Positions 22,659-33,377 of a stretch of 64,000 nucleotides of DNA are shown piece by piece. Origin of the DNA: Diplonema japonicum (taxonomy: Eukaryota > Protista > Euglenozoa: Diplonemea). A program made the position numbers and the translations under genes. Each line of letters opens with the position of its first letter. The stretch's first letter is position 1. The stretch spans positions 434,001 to 498,000 of the forward strand of contig OZ025694.1 of NCBI GenBank assembly GCA_964019335.1, written 5' to 3'. Below the pieces are notes generated by a model. That model made no database searches, had not been told where the DNA came from, and was given only the letters and a program-made list of their open reading frames with translations.

Positions 22659-25600
22659 ATGCGCGGCACCGTGATTCTGCTTTTTCTTTCATCGTGCGCT
22701 TGGCATGCTAGTGCCGCCACTGTAAGAATACGTTTCACAACACACACCTCGGGCAGCAGCGACTCCGGCCATCGGTTCTATCCGAGAATCTACTCAGGGA
22801 CTTCTAATTGCGCGACAGGTTCTATCAACGACCCAGATGACGGGGACGTGGACACTGTGTCAGCATCCTGTTCGTTTTCGGCAGAGGACGTCACACAGGT
22901 GAGGGTGCCTGCTCCTGGTCGTGACGGGTGGCGCATCCGCAGGGTGGACTTATGGATCAGAAATGCCTGGATGCCTTTGTGGGCTGTCAACGTGTCGCCC
23001 CGTGCCTTCGACACATGGATCGATGATGATTCAAGTGAACCGCAGTTCAAAACAGGGATCTTTGAAATGCTCCCGCTCCGGGTAATGGTGACCACGCAGA
23101 CTGGTGGCCATTCGCAGTCTGACGGTGAGTTCAAGCCAACGTTCGTTTCCACCACAGGTAGCACCTGTGCCGGTACAACAATCGATGAACCAGACCAGGG
23201 TGACAGCCATTGGTCTGTAGCAGGCTGTTTCTCTAACTTCGACCGTGTCGAGATCCCCGCCCCCAACAACGATGGGTGGTCCATCGCATCTGCCTACCAC
23301 CACAAGGGGCGCAACAACCTCGTCCGGCTCGTTGCCGTCAACGAGCGCCCCCCTACCTTGACGCCTTTTATCGATGGCAACTCGGGCAGTATTTTCGAAA
23401 GGAGCATCCTGCGTCCTGTTACGTTCAGGGTCCGCATCGTGACGCAGAACTGGGGATCTGCAGAATCGTCATACACTTATGAACCAAAGTTCATCTCCAA
23501 ATCAGGTACAGTCTGCTCCGGTACCGGTGTTGCCTCCCCAGGGAGAGGGAGCAGCATCTGGTCATACGGTGCATGCACCTTCCCTGTGAGCGAGCTGGAC
23601 CGTGTGGAGGTCTCGAACAAAGGGAACGACGGGTGGGACATTAACTCACTCTTCGTTGAGATAGCACCAGGCATTCAGATTCAGTGGTGGGCTGTGAACG
23701 AGTCCCCTCCGAAGTACAGCACGACAGTGGACGGCGACGGGGCCTCCCGCCACCGCAAGTGCATCTACAAGGTTCCTGATACTGAGGCACCGGACACTGA
23801 TGCTCCACCGACCCCTTTTCCTGACACTCTGGCACCACACACACCAGCACCTGACACGGCCATCCCTACTGCTGCCCCTGACACCCCTGCACCTGACACT
23901 GCTACTCCGACATCGGCCCCAGACACACCAGCACCAGATACTGCGATACCAACTACAGCACCTGATACACCGGCACCTGACACGGCCATCCCTACTTCTG
24001 CCCCTGACACCCCGGCACCTGACACTGCTATTCCGACATCGGCACCTGACACACCAGCACCAGATACTGCGATACCAACATCGGCTCCGGATACACCAGC
24101 ACCTGACACAGCTATTCCGACAACGGCCCCAGACACACCAGCACCAGATACTGCGATCCCAACTATTGCCCCAGACACACCAGCACCTGACACGGCCATC
24201 CCTACTTCTGCCCCTGACACCCCGGCACCTGACACTGCTACTCCGACATCGGCCCCAGACACACCAGCACCTGATACTGCAATCCCAACTACAGCACCTG
24301 ACACACCAGCACCTGACACAGCAATTCCGACAACGGCCCCTGATACGCCAGCACCAGATACTGCGATACCAACTACAGCACCTGATACACCGGCACCTGA
24401 CACGGCCATCCCTACTTCTGCCCCTGACACCCCGGCACCTGACACTGCGATACCAACATCGGCTCCGGATACACCGGCACCTGACACTGCTATTCCGACA
24501 ACGGCCCCTGATACACCAGCACCAGATACTGCGATCCCAACTACAGCACCTGATACACCAGCACCTGACACGGCCATCCCTACTTCTGCCCCTGACACAC
24601 CGGCACCTGACACTGCTATTCCGACAACGGCCCCTGACACACCAGCACCAGATACTGCGATACCAACTACTGCTCCAGACACACCGGCACCTGACACTGC
24701 TATTCCGACAACGGCCCCTGATACACCAGCACCAGATACTGCGATCCCAACTACAGCACCTGATACACCAGCACCTGACACGGCCATCCCTACTTCTGCC
24801 CCTGACACACCGGCACCTGACACTGCTATTCCGACAACGGCCCCTGACACACCAGCACCAGATACTGCGATACCAACTACTGCTCCAGACACACCGGCAC
24901 CTGACACGGCCATCCCTACTTCTGCCCCTGACACACCGGCACCTGACACTGCGATACCAACATCGGCTCCGGATACACCGGCACCTGACACTGCTATTCC
25001 GACAACGGCCCCTGATACACCAGCACCAGATACTGCGATCCCAACTACTGCTCCAGACACACCAGCACCTGACACGGCCATCCCTACTTCGGCGCCTGAC
25101 ACTTCAGCACCTGACACTGCGATACCAACATCGGCTCCGGATACACCAGCACCTGACACAGCTATCCCCACTTCTGCCCCTGACACACCAGCACCAGATA
25201 CTGCGATACCAACTACAGCACCTGATACACCAGCACCTGACACGGCCATCCCTACCTCAGCCCCTGACACGTCAGCACCTGACACTGCGATACCAACATC
25301 GGCTCCGGATACCCCGGCACCTGACACTGCTATTCCGACAACGGCACCTGACACACCAGCACCAGATACTGCGATCCCAACTACTGCCCCCGACACACCA
25401 GCACCTGACACGGCCATCCCTACTGCTGTTCCTGACACGCCGGCACCTGACACTGCTATCCCGACATCGGCCCCAGACACACCAGCACCTGATACTGCGA
25501 TACCAACTACAGCACCTGGCACACCAGCACCGGACACTGCGATACCAACATCAGCTCCGGATACACCAGCACCTGACACTGCTATTCCGACAACGGCCCC

Positions 25601-28600
25601 AGACACACCAGCACCAGATACTGCGATACCAACTACTGCCCCTGACACACCGGCACCTGACACAGCCATCCCCACTTCTGCCCCTTACACCCCATCACCT
25701 GATACTGCGATACCAACTACGGCTCCGGATACCTCTGCACCAGTTACTGTGACCCCTACCTCAGCACCTGACACGCCAGCACCAGACACTGCTATTCCTA
25801 CTTCGGCCCCGTTCACATCAGCACCCGATACTGCGATTCCAACACCAGCTCCGAATACACCAGCACCTAACACGGCCACCCCTACTTTCGCCCCTGACAC
25901 ACCAGCACCTGACACCGCAATCCCAACATCGGCACCTGACACTACTGCACCGAACACCGCGATCCCTACTGCGACACCTGACACAGTAGCTCCTGACACT
26001 GTGGTTCCTACTTCAGCGCCAGACACAACAGCCCCAGACACCGCAACGCCAACTTCGGCACCTGAAACTGCAATCCCTTCCTCTGTACCTGATACACTAG
26101 CTCCCGACACCGCTATCCCAACATCGGCACCTGACACAACAGCCCCCGTCACTGTGGTTCCTACTTCTACGCCCGATACCACAGCACCTGATACCGCAAC
26201 CCCAACATCTGCTCCCAACACACCCGCTCCCGACACCTCAGTTCCGACAACAGCACCAGATACCACAGTGCCAGACACCGCAACCCCAACATCGGCACCT
26301 GACACTGCAATCCCTTCCTCTGTACCTGATACAACAGCTCCCGACACCGCTATCCCAACATCGGCTCCGGACACCACAACCCCCAGCACTGCTTCCCCTA
26401 CTGTTTCCCCGGACACACCGTCGCCTGACACCGCAATCCCAACATCGGCACCTGACACTATTGCACCGAACACCGCGATCCCTACTGCGACACCTGACAC
26501 AGTAGCTCCTGACACTGTGGTTCCTACTTCAGCGCCAGACACAACAGCACCAACGCCAACTTCGGCACCTGACACTGCAATCCCTTCCTCTGTACCTGAT
26601 ACACCAGCTCCCGACACCGCTATCCCAACTTCGGCACCTGACACAACAGCCCCCGTCACTGTGGTTCCTACTTCTACGCCCGATACCACAGCACCTGATA
26701 CCGCAACCCCAACATCTGCTCCCAACACACCCGCTCCCGACACCTCAGTTCCGACAACAGCACCAGATACCACAGTGCCAGACACCGCAACCCCAACATC
26801 GGCACCTGACACTGCAATCCCTTCCTCTGTACCTGATACAACAGCTCCCGACACCGCTATCCCAACATCGGCTCCGGACACCACAACCCCCAGCACTGCT
26901 TCCCCTACTGTTTCCCCGGGCACACCGTCGCCTGACACCGCGGCACCAACACCTGCTCCCAACACACCCGCTCCCGACACCTCAGTCCCGACAACAGCCC
27001 CAGATACTGTTACTCCCGCTCTCAACACTGCGATCCCAACATCGGCACCCGATACACCTTCCCCTGACACTGCGATCCCTTCTTCTGTCACCTCGGTACC
27101 GACATCTGCCCCTGACACACTGGCACCAGGACCCGTTACCACAGCCATCCCCACTTCGGCCCCTGACACAGCAATGCCCACTTCCCAACCTGACACAGCG
27201 GCACCCGACACAGTGGTCCCAACATCGGCCCCTGATACCTCGGCACCCAACACCGCGAATCCTACCCTTGCACCCGACACTGCAGTCCCAACATCAGTCC
27301 CCGATACAACGACACCTGGGACACCGGCACCCGACACGGTGGTTCCAACATCTGTTCCGGATACATCTGCTCCCGACACAGCAAGCCCTACATCTTCCCC
27401 TGACACTGCGGCACCTACATCGGCACCTGACACACTGGCACCAGATACTGTTGTGCCCACCTCAGTACCAACAACAGTCCCAACGGTCAGTCCTGGAACG
27501 ACACAAGTACCGACCACAAGTCCCTTGACTTCGGTTCCAACACCTTCACCTGACACTTCGATACCTACCTCAACACCGACTCTGAGCCCTGGGACCACAG
27601 CGTCCCCAAGCACTCCTTCACCTGATACGGCTTCCCCTGACACTTCATCCCCTACCTCTGTACCCACTCTGGTCCCTGGAACCACAAGCAGTCCTACTAC
27701 TTCGAACCCCACAGCGTCCCCTGACACTTCGTCCCCTACCTCAGTACCTACTCTGGTCCCTGGAACCACAAGCAGCCCACCCACCTTGGCCCCAGCCTCA
27801 ACACCGACTCTGGTCCCTGGGACCACGGCATCTCCAAGCACTTCTTCTCCCGATACGGCTTCACCCACAACGTCCCCTGACACTTCGTCCCCTACCTCGG
27901 CACCTACTCTGGTCCCTGGAGCGACAAGCAGCCCACCCACCTTGGCCCCCGCCTCAACACCGACTCTGAGCCCTAGGACCACGTCATCTCCAAGCACTAC
28001 TTCTCCGGACACGGCTTCACCCACAATGTCCCCTACCACGGCTTCACCTACCTCAGTACCTACTCTGGTCCCTGGAACGACAAGCAGCCCACCCACCTTG
28101 GCCCCCGCCTCAACACCGACTCTGGTCCCTGGGACCACGGCATCTCCAAGCACTTCTTCTCCCGATACGGCATCACCCACAACGTCCCCTGATACGGCTT
28201 CACCTGACACTTCGTCTCCTATCTCAGTACCTACTCTGGTCCCTGGAAGGACAAGCAGCCCACCCACCTTGGTCCCTGCCTCAACACCGACTCTAGTCCC
28301 TGGAACCACAAGTACGCCCACGGCAGCTCCCACAACGACTCCCTCGACTGCTTCACCCACAGCCACCACCACTTCGCCGACATCAGCCCCTGTCACCTTG
28401 GGACCGACTGCTGGGATGACCGCTTCACCAGCAGGGGGGGCTGTTCCGACCGCAATCCCCCCCACCTTAGCTCCTCGTTCTTCTCCCTCGACCCTGCCAC
28501 CTGTGACCAGCTTGCCTGCTGGGGTAACGCTTTCCCCAACAACTACTGTAACCTCTTCACCAGGAGGGACAACCACCACCTTCAGTCCCTCAACCTTTTC

Positions 28601-30491
28601 CCCTGCGGCCGGGGTGACCAGCTTGCCGTCTGTGGTCACACTCCCTCCAACAACTACTGGAGTAACTCCTTCACCAAGAGGGACAACCACCACCACCTTC
28701 AGCCCGTCGACCCTGTCGCCTGTGACTGTGCCTGTTCCTGGGACAACCCTTCCGCCAGTGACTGCTTCCCCTGCAGGGACTACGACGAGCACCTTCAGCC
28801 CGTCGACCCTGTCCCCTGCGATCGGTGTACCCCCGACAGCTTCCCCAGGAGGAGGAGGATCGATCCCCACATCCTCCCCCTTCATGATACCAACCTTCAC
28901 CCCGCCTGTAGTCCCCACCTTCACCCCGCCTATGGTCCCTACCTTTTCTCCTCCTGCTGCACCCACCTTTACCCCTCCTTCTCCATCGGTTCCCACCTTT
29001 TCCCCAAGCACCTTGTCTCCGTCAGGGACGGGGCCAGCCACCACCGCCGCACCCTCATCGCCGGGGAGCACCTTCGAACCCAGCACCTTGTCTCCTGGCA
29101 GCACCTTCTCGCCGCCGACGACCTTGGTGCCGGGGACGACGGAAGCTCCTGGTGGTGCTGGGGGAACGACAACACTGTCTCCTGGCAGCACCTTCTCGCC
29201 GTCTACTTTGTCCCCCGGTGGCGGGACCCCAGCCACCTTCGCCCCATCGACCCTGGTTCCCCCCGGGACCACACTCGCACCTGGGACCACACTTTCACCT
29301 GGAACGAACACTTCGTCGTCCCCTTCAGGGGTTGGGGGGGAAACCCCTATTCCTACCTTGGGCAGCATAGAGAAGCCTCCAGCGAACGATGACGATGACG
29401 ACAGCTGGTTGTGGCTGCTTCTGCTTTTGTTGCTCCTCCTCCTCTGTTGCTGCCTGTTACTCTTGCTCCTCGCGTGGAGGAAGAGGAAGGCGAAGGAGCA
29501 GCAGCAGCAGGGAGGGAAGTGGGACATGCACAGCGGGCACGTGGGGAGGGAGGACCCGATGTACGGCGAGCTGGCGTCACCACTGCATCACGAGGCGGAC
29601 AACAACCCGAGGGCAGAGGACAGCTTGTATCCAGATGTGTCCCCGGGACCTTTGCTCCCCGCTTTCCTGTCACCGAACCCGAGCAGTCCGGCACACGAGC
29701 CGAACAGGGCGGCTGGGCTTGGGTCTGCGTGGACACCTGATGCAGATGAGCCGAACAAAGCGAACGACAAGGCAGCTGGGGGTTCTGTGTGGAAACCTGA
29801 TGCGGACGAGCCGAACAGGGCAAGTGATTACATTGTGGGCAGCCCGCAGACGAAGAGCCTTCCCAGCAGCGACAGCAGCAGGCCGGAGGACGCCTCGTTC
29901 GCAGAGCTCGACATCACGAAGGCCTCCCCGCCGCCACAGCTGCAGAACATATCGAGCCCGCTGAAGCGGCCGCACAGGGGGCCAAGGAGTTACAGGAGGT
30001 CGCCTGCCGTGTCGTCAGCAGCGTCGCCGTCACCCATGTCGTCTCCTTTGTCGCCACCAGTGCTGCAGAACGTGCCACCCAAGGTGCCGAAGAGGAAGAC
30101 GCGGCCGATGGCGGAGCTGGCCTCGTTCGACCCTGCATGGGGGGAGGAGTCCGCTGCCTCTGGGCTGAGTGTCACCCCTGGGTTGAGCGTCGCGAAGGAA
30201 CCTCTGGAGCCGTACACACCACCATCATTCACGACAGAGGGGTCGCGGCAGGCACTGCTGAACCGCAGCGGGAGGCTGACGAACCCATTGACCCCCTCCA
30301 CGAAGGGGGGAGAGGCCTCTTGGGCAAACATGAGCATGCTCAGCATTGGCGGGTCAAGTGGGAGGACTCCTCTGGGGCAGTACTCCACACCTTCCATCAC
30401 GACAGAGGGGTCTCGGAAGACACTGCTCTCGCGCAGCAGCAAGCGGTCCACCAAGCCGCTGGAACAAGATCTGAGTGCGTTTCAAGTTTAA
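22659..30491 (+). CDS. Giant mucin-like type I membrane protein (gene C), paralogue of gene B
   Basis: ATG at 22659, signal peptide MRGTVILLFLSSCAWHASA, 3 PLAT-like domains, the same 14-aa repeat, TM near 29406-29477, and the same C-terminus SAFQV. Confidence 0.9.
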   Translation: MRGTVILLFLSSCAWHASAATVRIRFTTHTSGSSDSGHRFYPRIYSGTSNCATGSINDPDDGDVDTVSASCSFSAEDVTQVRVPAPGRDGWRIRRVDLWIRNAWMPLWAVNVSPRAFDTWIDDDSSEPQFKTGIFEMLPLRVMVTTQTGGHSQSDGEFKPTFVSTTGSTCAGTTIDEPDQGDSHWSVAGCFSNFDRVEIPAPNNDGWSIASAYHHKGRNNLVRLVAVNERPPTLTPFIDGNSGSIFERSILRPVTFRVRIVTQNWGSAESSYTYEPKFISKSGTVCSGTGVASPGRGSSIWSYGACTFPVSELDRVEVSNKGNDGWDINSLFVEIAPGIQIQWWAVNESPPKYSTTVDGDGASRHRKCIYKVPDTEAPDTDAPPTPFPDTLAPHTPAPDTAIPTAAPDTPAPDTATPTSAPDTPAPDTAIPTTAPDTPAPDTAIPTSAPDTPAPDTAIPTSAPDTPAPDTAIPTSAPDTPAPDTAIPTTAPDTPAPDTAIPTIAPDTPAPDTAIPTSAPDTPAPDTATPTSAPDTPAPDTAIPTTAPDTPAPDTAIPTTAPDTPAPDTAIPTTAPDTPAPDTAIPTSAPDTPAPDTAIPTSAPDTPAPDTAIPTTAPDTPAPDTAIPTTAPDTPAPDTAIPTSAPDTPAPDTAIPTTAPDTPAPDTAIPTTAPDTPAPDTAIPTTAPDTPAPDTAIPTTAPDTPAPDTAIPTSAPDTPAPDTAIPTTAPDTPAPDTAIPTTAPDTPAPDTAIPTSAPDTPAPDTAIPTSAPDTPAPDTAIPTTAPDTPAPDTAIPTTAPDTPAPDTAIPTSAPDTSAPDTAIPTSAPDTPAPDTAIPTSAPDTPAPDTAIPTTAPDTPAPDTAIPTSAPDTSAPDTAIPTSAPDTPAPDTAIPTTAPDTPAPDTAIPTTAPDTPAPDTAIPTAVPDTPAPDTAIPTSAPDTPAPDTAIPTTAPGTPAPDTAIPTSAPDTPAPDTAIPTTAPDTPAPDTAIPTTAPDTPAPDTAIPTSAPYTPSPDTAIPTTAPDTSAPVTVTPTSAPDTPAPDTAIPTSAPFTSAPDTAIPTPAPNTPAPNTATPTFAPDTPAPDTAIPTSAPDTTAPNTAIPTATPDTVAPDTVVPTSAPDTTAPDTATPTSAPETAIPSSVPDTLAPDTAIPTSAPDTTAPVTVVPTSTPDTTAPDTATPTSAPNTPAPDTSVPTTAPDTTVPDTATPTSAPDTAIPSSVPDTTAPDTAIPTSAPDTTTPSTASPTVSPDTPSPDTAIPTSAPDTIAPNTAIPTATPDTVAPDTVVPTSAPDTTAPTPTSAPDTAIPSSVPDTPAPDTAIPTSAPDTTAPVTVVPTSTPDTTAPDTATPTSAPNTPAPDTSVPTTAPDTTVPDTATPTSAPDTAIPSSVPDTTAPDTAIPTSAPDTTTPSTASPTVSPGTPSPDTAAPTPAPNTPAPDTSVPTTAPDTVTPALNTAIPTSAPDTPSPDTAIPSSVTSVPTSAPDTLAPGPVTTAIPTSAPDTAMPTSQPDTAAPDTVVPTSAPDTSAPNTANPTLAPDTAVPTSVPDTTTPGTPAPDTVVPTSVPDTSAPDTASPTSSPDTAAPTSAPDTLAPDTVVPTSVPTTVPTVSPGTTQVPTTSPLTSVPTPSPDTSIPTSTPTLSPGTTASPSTPSPDTASPDTSSPTSVPTLVPGTTSSPTTSNPTASPDTSSPTSVPTLVPGTTSSPPTLAPASTPTLVPGTTASPSTSSPDTASPTTSPDTSSPTSAPTLVPGATSSPPTLAPASTPTLSPRTTSSPSTTSPDTASPTMSPTTASPTSVPTLVPGTTSSPPTLAPASTPTLVPGTTASPSTSSPDTASPTTSPDTASPDTSSPISVPTLVPGRTSSPPTLVPASTPTLVPGTTSTPTAAPTTTPSTASPTATTTSPTSAPVTLGPTAGMTASPAGGAVPTAIPPTLAPRSSPSTLPPVTSLPAGVTLSPTTTVTSSPGGTTTTFSPSTFSPAAGVTSLPSVVTLPPTTTGVTPSPRGTTTTTFSPSTLSPVTVPVPGTTLPPVTASPAGTTTSTFSPSTLSPAIGVPPTASPGGGGSIPTSSPFMIPTFTPPVVPTFTPPMVPTFSPPAAPTFTPPSPSVPTFSPSTLSPSGTGPATTAAPSSPGSTFEPSTLSPGSTFSPPTTLVPGTTEAPGGAGGTTTLSPGSTFSPSTLSPGGGTPATFAPSTLVPPGTTLAPGTTLSPGTNTSSSPSGVGGETPIPTLGSIEKPPANDDDDDSWLWLLLLLLLLLLCCCLLLLLLAWRKRKAKEQQQQGGKWDMHSGHVGREDPMYGELASPLHHEADNNPRAEDSLYPDVSPGPLLPAFLSPNPSSPAHEPNRAAGLGSAWTPDADEPNKANDKAAGGSVWKPDADEPNRASDYIVGSPQTKSLPSSDSSRPEDASFAELDITKASPPPQLQNISSPLKRPHRGPRSYRRSPAVSSAASPSPMSSPLSPPVLQNVPPKVPKRKTRPMAELASFDPAWGEESAASGLSVTPGLSVAKEPLEPYTPPSFTTEGSRQALLNRSGRLTNPLTPSTKGGEASWANMSMLSIGGSSGRTPLGQYSTPSITTEGSRKTLLSRSSKRSTKPLEQDLSAFQV
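23853..25680 (+). repeat. 42-bp coding minisatellite, about 43 units
   Basis: Same peptide unit as gene B but a different set of synonymous codons. Confidence 0.95.
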
Positions 30492-32232
30492 GTTTAAATA
30501 GCGCCCCATATATCTAAACCCGTCTGGCAATCCTGAACTTGCTCTAAAGGGGCAACAATTGATGCAAGTGTTCCAGTCTATCCTTCGTATCCTCCCTGTA
30601 CCTACTAACGTCACAGTTCAAAACGTTTTAATGTTGAGGGACACACAATTAATCCCCTTATGATCCCCTTGACTGTTTCAACCCCCTATTCACCTATGTG
30701 GGATTCCTAAATAAAAGTTTGCTTCATTCTCTGTTTTCGTTTGAACAGTTATCCTCTCTCTTCTTTCTGCCTCTCTATTTCCTTTTTATTACTTCATTCT
30801 TGTTTCTTGAGGAAAAAGAAAAGAAAAAGTAGGGAGGGGGGGAGGGGGGAGTGAGGGGAGTGAAAATACCCATGCTTCCCCCCTTTTCTCTTTTTCTTTT
30901 TAAGCGACGCGTCACATACTGCAGGTTCCCTTCAAAGACATCTTTTTTTTTTTTAATTCCTTCCTCTCCATACCTTCTGCCTCCCTTCTTTTGTTTTCTT
31001 TAGATTTCTTTGGAATGTGACGCTACGCGGCTCATCTTCAAAAGGACTCTTTAAATTCCTTCCTTTTTTTATCTGGGCTAGCTGGTGTGCTCGCACTGTA
31101 CCAGTTTTCTTTAGTCTGAATAGAGTGAGTTCCCACTCCCTTCCCTTTTGTATTTTGTAGCTAGGGGGGTATTGATATTGATGTCTTTTGTTCCCTCCCC
31201 TCCCTTGTTCCCATTCCAAAGGAAGCTGCCCGTTTCTTTCTTATTAAATGTCTCTTTTTTTTTTTCTTCTTTTTTTTAAAGAAAGTTCATTTTTAAGGTG
31301 AAAGACAGTCATTATTGTTAGTTAAATAGTTGTCTCCTGCCTCTTATCTTTTTTTTTTTTGGCGCGTTTTCTTTTCTTTTCTTTTCTTTTTTTGGAGAAA
31401 ACTGCTGGCTTGACCCCCAATGCTCAGCCGATATTCCCAAAGGTCCTATCCGTTTCGGGGTGGACGGTCTTTCTGACCGGTCCCTATAAATCCCAACGTC
31501 GTCAGAATTAGCTTTTCATGCCACGAAAAGCTGATTTTTGAGGGTGTTTTCGATGATTAATCTGGAAGGCCAAAAAAAAAAAAAATGATTTTTGATGGAC
31601 AAGAAATCACGTGCTACAACATTCCATGCAAAGGTTTACAAAGAAAAGAAGAAAGGAAAGACTTGACACCACCCCCTGAAAGGTCACTGTTGGGGATAAC
31701 TTGTCGAAGACTGGTGGACACATCAAGAGGTGGTCAGTCAAAAAAATAAAAGAAAGAAAAGAAGAATGTGAAAAAAAAAAAGAAAGAAGCGTTTTTACTT
31801 ATGCCTAACAAAAGGTTTTGAAAAAAAGAAGAAAAGCCAATGACTCCCCCCCCCCCCCCCCCCTTCAGTTCTTAAATCTTAAGCTGAATTGCCTTCTTGG
31901 TTCCCATGGCCCAGAAGCCTAGTGTGGTGTGCGGTTAGTAGTTTAAGAAATTCATATTTTAAAAAAGAGAAGAAGAGAGGCAGCTTGCTTGTCCGGCTTT
32001 GACCATTCTGATAAAATCGCCAACTCTTTTCGTTTTTTTCTTTTTTTTTGGTTCTCCCTGCGTGCTATTTTCTTTTGTGTTCTACGGTGAGCGCCCACTC
32101 GCACACCGAAGTTTAAACCGAAATATTTAAATTAAATCAAATTTTGTGTTTCTCAGTCCCTCCTCCCGTCTTGTTCCCATGCTGCTCCTGGAGGCAATTA
32201 GGATTTGCCCCCCTATTTTTTTTTTTTTTTTT

Positions 32233-32370
32233 GCTTGAACAAGAAAAACAATGTATTGATAGTGAATTTGTTATTTCCCAAAAAAAGAAAAAAGTAGTGG
32301 TAGCATTGTTGGGTTTTCTCTTTCTACAGGTTAATCCGGTTTGCGCACAAAGAAAACAACAATCAACCGC
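32233..32370 (+). repeat. Dispersed ~130-bp repeat, subfamily 2 (diverged)
   Basis: T-run|gcttgaacaagaaaaacaat...gtagtggtagcattgttggg...tttctacaggttaa...acaacaatcaaccg|T-run. Confidence 0.8.
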
Positions 32371-33377
32371 TTCTTTTTTTTTTCTTCTTCTTTTTTTTTT
32401 TTTATTTAAAACTTAAAACCCGAATACTTGTAGGCTATTGTCTTTGCTAAAAATGAAATGGTGGCAACTTGTTAGTTAACCTACAGCAGGTTCACTGGCT
32501 TGTCAAAGACAGGCGCTCCTTTAACCCAGAACAGAATAAACCCCCTCCCCCAAAGTAGAAAAGAAGAAACCCCCTTTTCGCTCTCTCCTCTTCAAAGAAA
32601 AGAAGCCAGTTCTGATCGTGGCCGTCGGGTTGTCTGACGATGATTGTCTCTTTTGTAAAGCCCAATAACTCCAAAACCTGAAGCTTTACAAAAGAAAAGA
32701 AGGAAAACGAAAAAGAAAAACTAATGTTGGCACCACATGAGGCAGATGGAATGAAACAAGATAAAGGGTAATAATAAGCTATAAAGCCCCTCACCGCCAT
32801 GTGGTAACTCTCGTTGCCAAAGCCAGTCTCGTTGGCAGCCAGTTACTTTTCTATTTCCCCCCCATATTTCCCTAAGCACTAACGCCCCCCCCCTCCCAGC
32901 TCTAGCTCCTTCCTCTGTAGGGGACGCTTCGCGGGGCGAAGCTTCACAAGCGTCGGTTGTGCCATTCTATATTTCCCTCCAACTATTTTTTTTTAATGCG
33001 GGAACGATCTTTTTTGACTTCGTCAAAAACAGAGAGAGAGAGAGAGAGAGGGGGGGGGTTCTCACGGCCACACCCTCTCCATGGTTTTCTACCCCGGCAC
33101 ACACTTGTCTTTCTTCCCCCCCACCCTCCCAATCCTTCTTCAAAACATGCTTTTTCTTCTTTTTTTTAAATTTCTTTTTTTTTGTATTACAGAACACAAA
33201 AAAAAAAAAGAAAAAATCGAAGAAAGGTGCTTTTTTTTTTTTTCTCTTTTTCTTACCCTCGCTCTCCTACTCTTTTTCATCTTCCGCCTTCGAGTCCTTT
33301 GTACCCCCCCCCCCCCGGTATATAACATAATAAGGGTTTTCAATTAAAAACGAAGAAAAAAGAAAACAAAACAAAAT

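Noticed and set aside
30560-33370. Many short Phe/Lys-rich ORFs here and in other intergenic regions
   Set aside because: Products of T/A homopolymer tracts with no protein-like composition.
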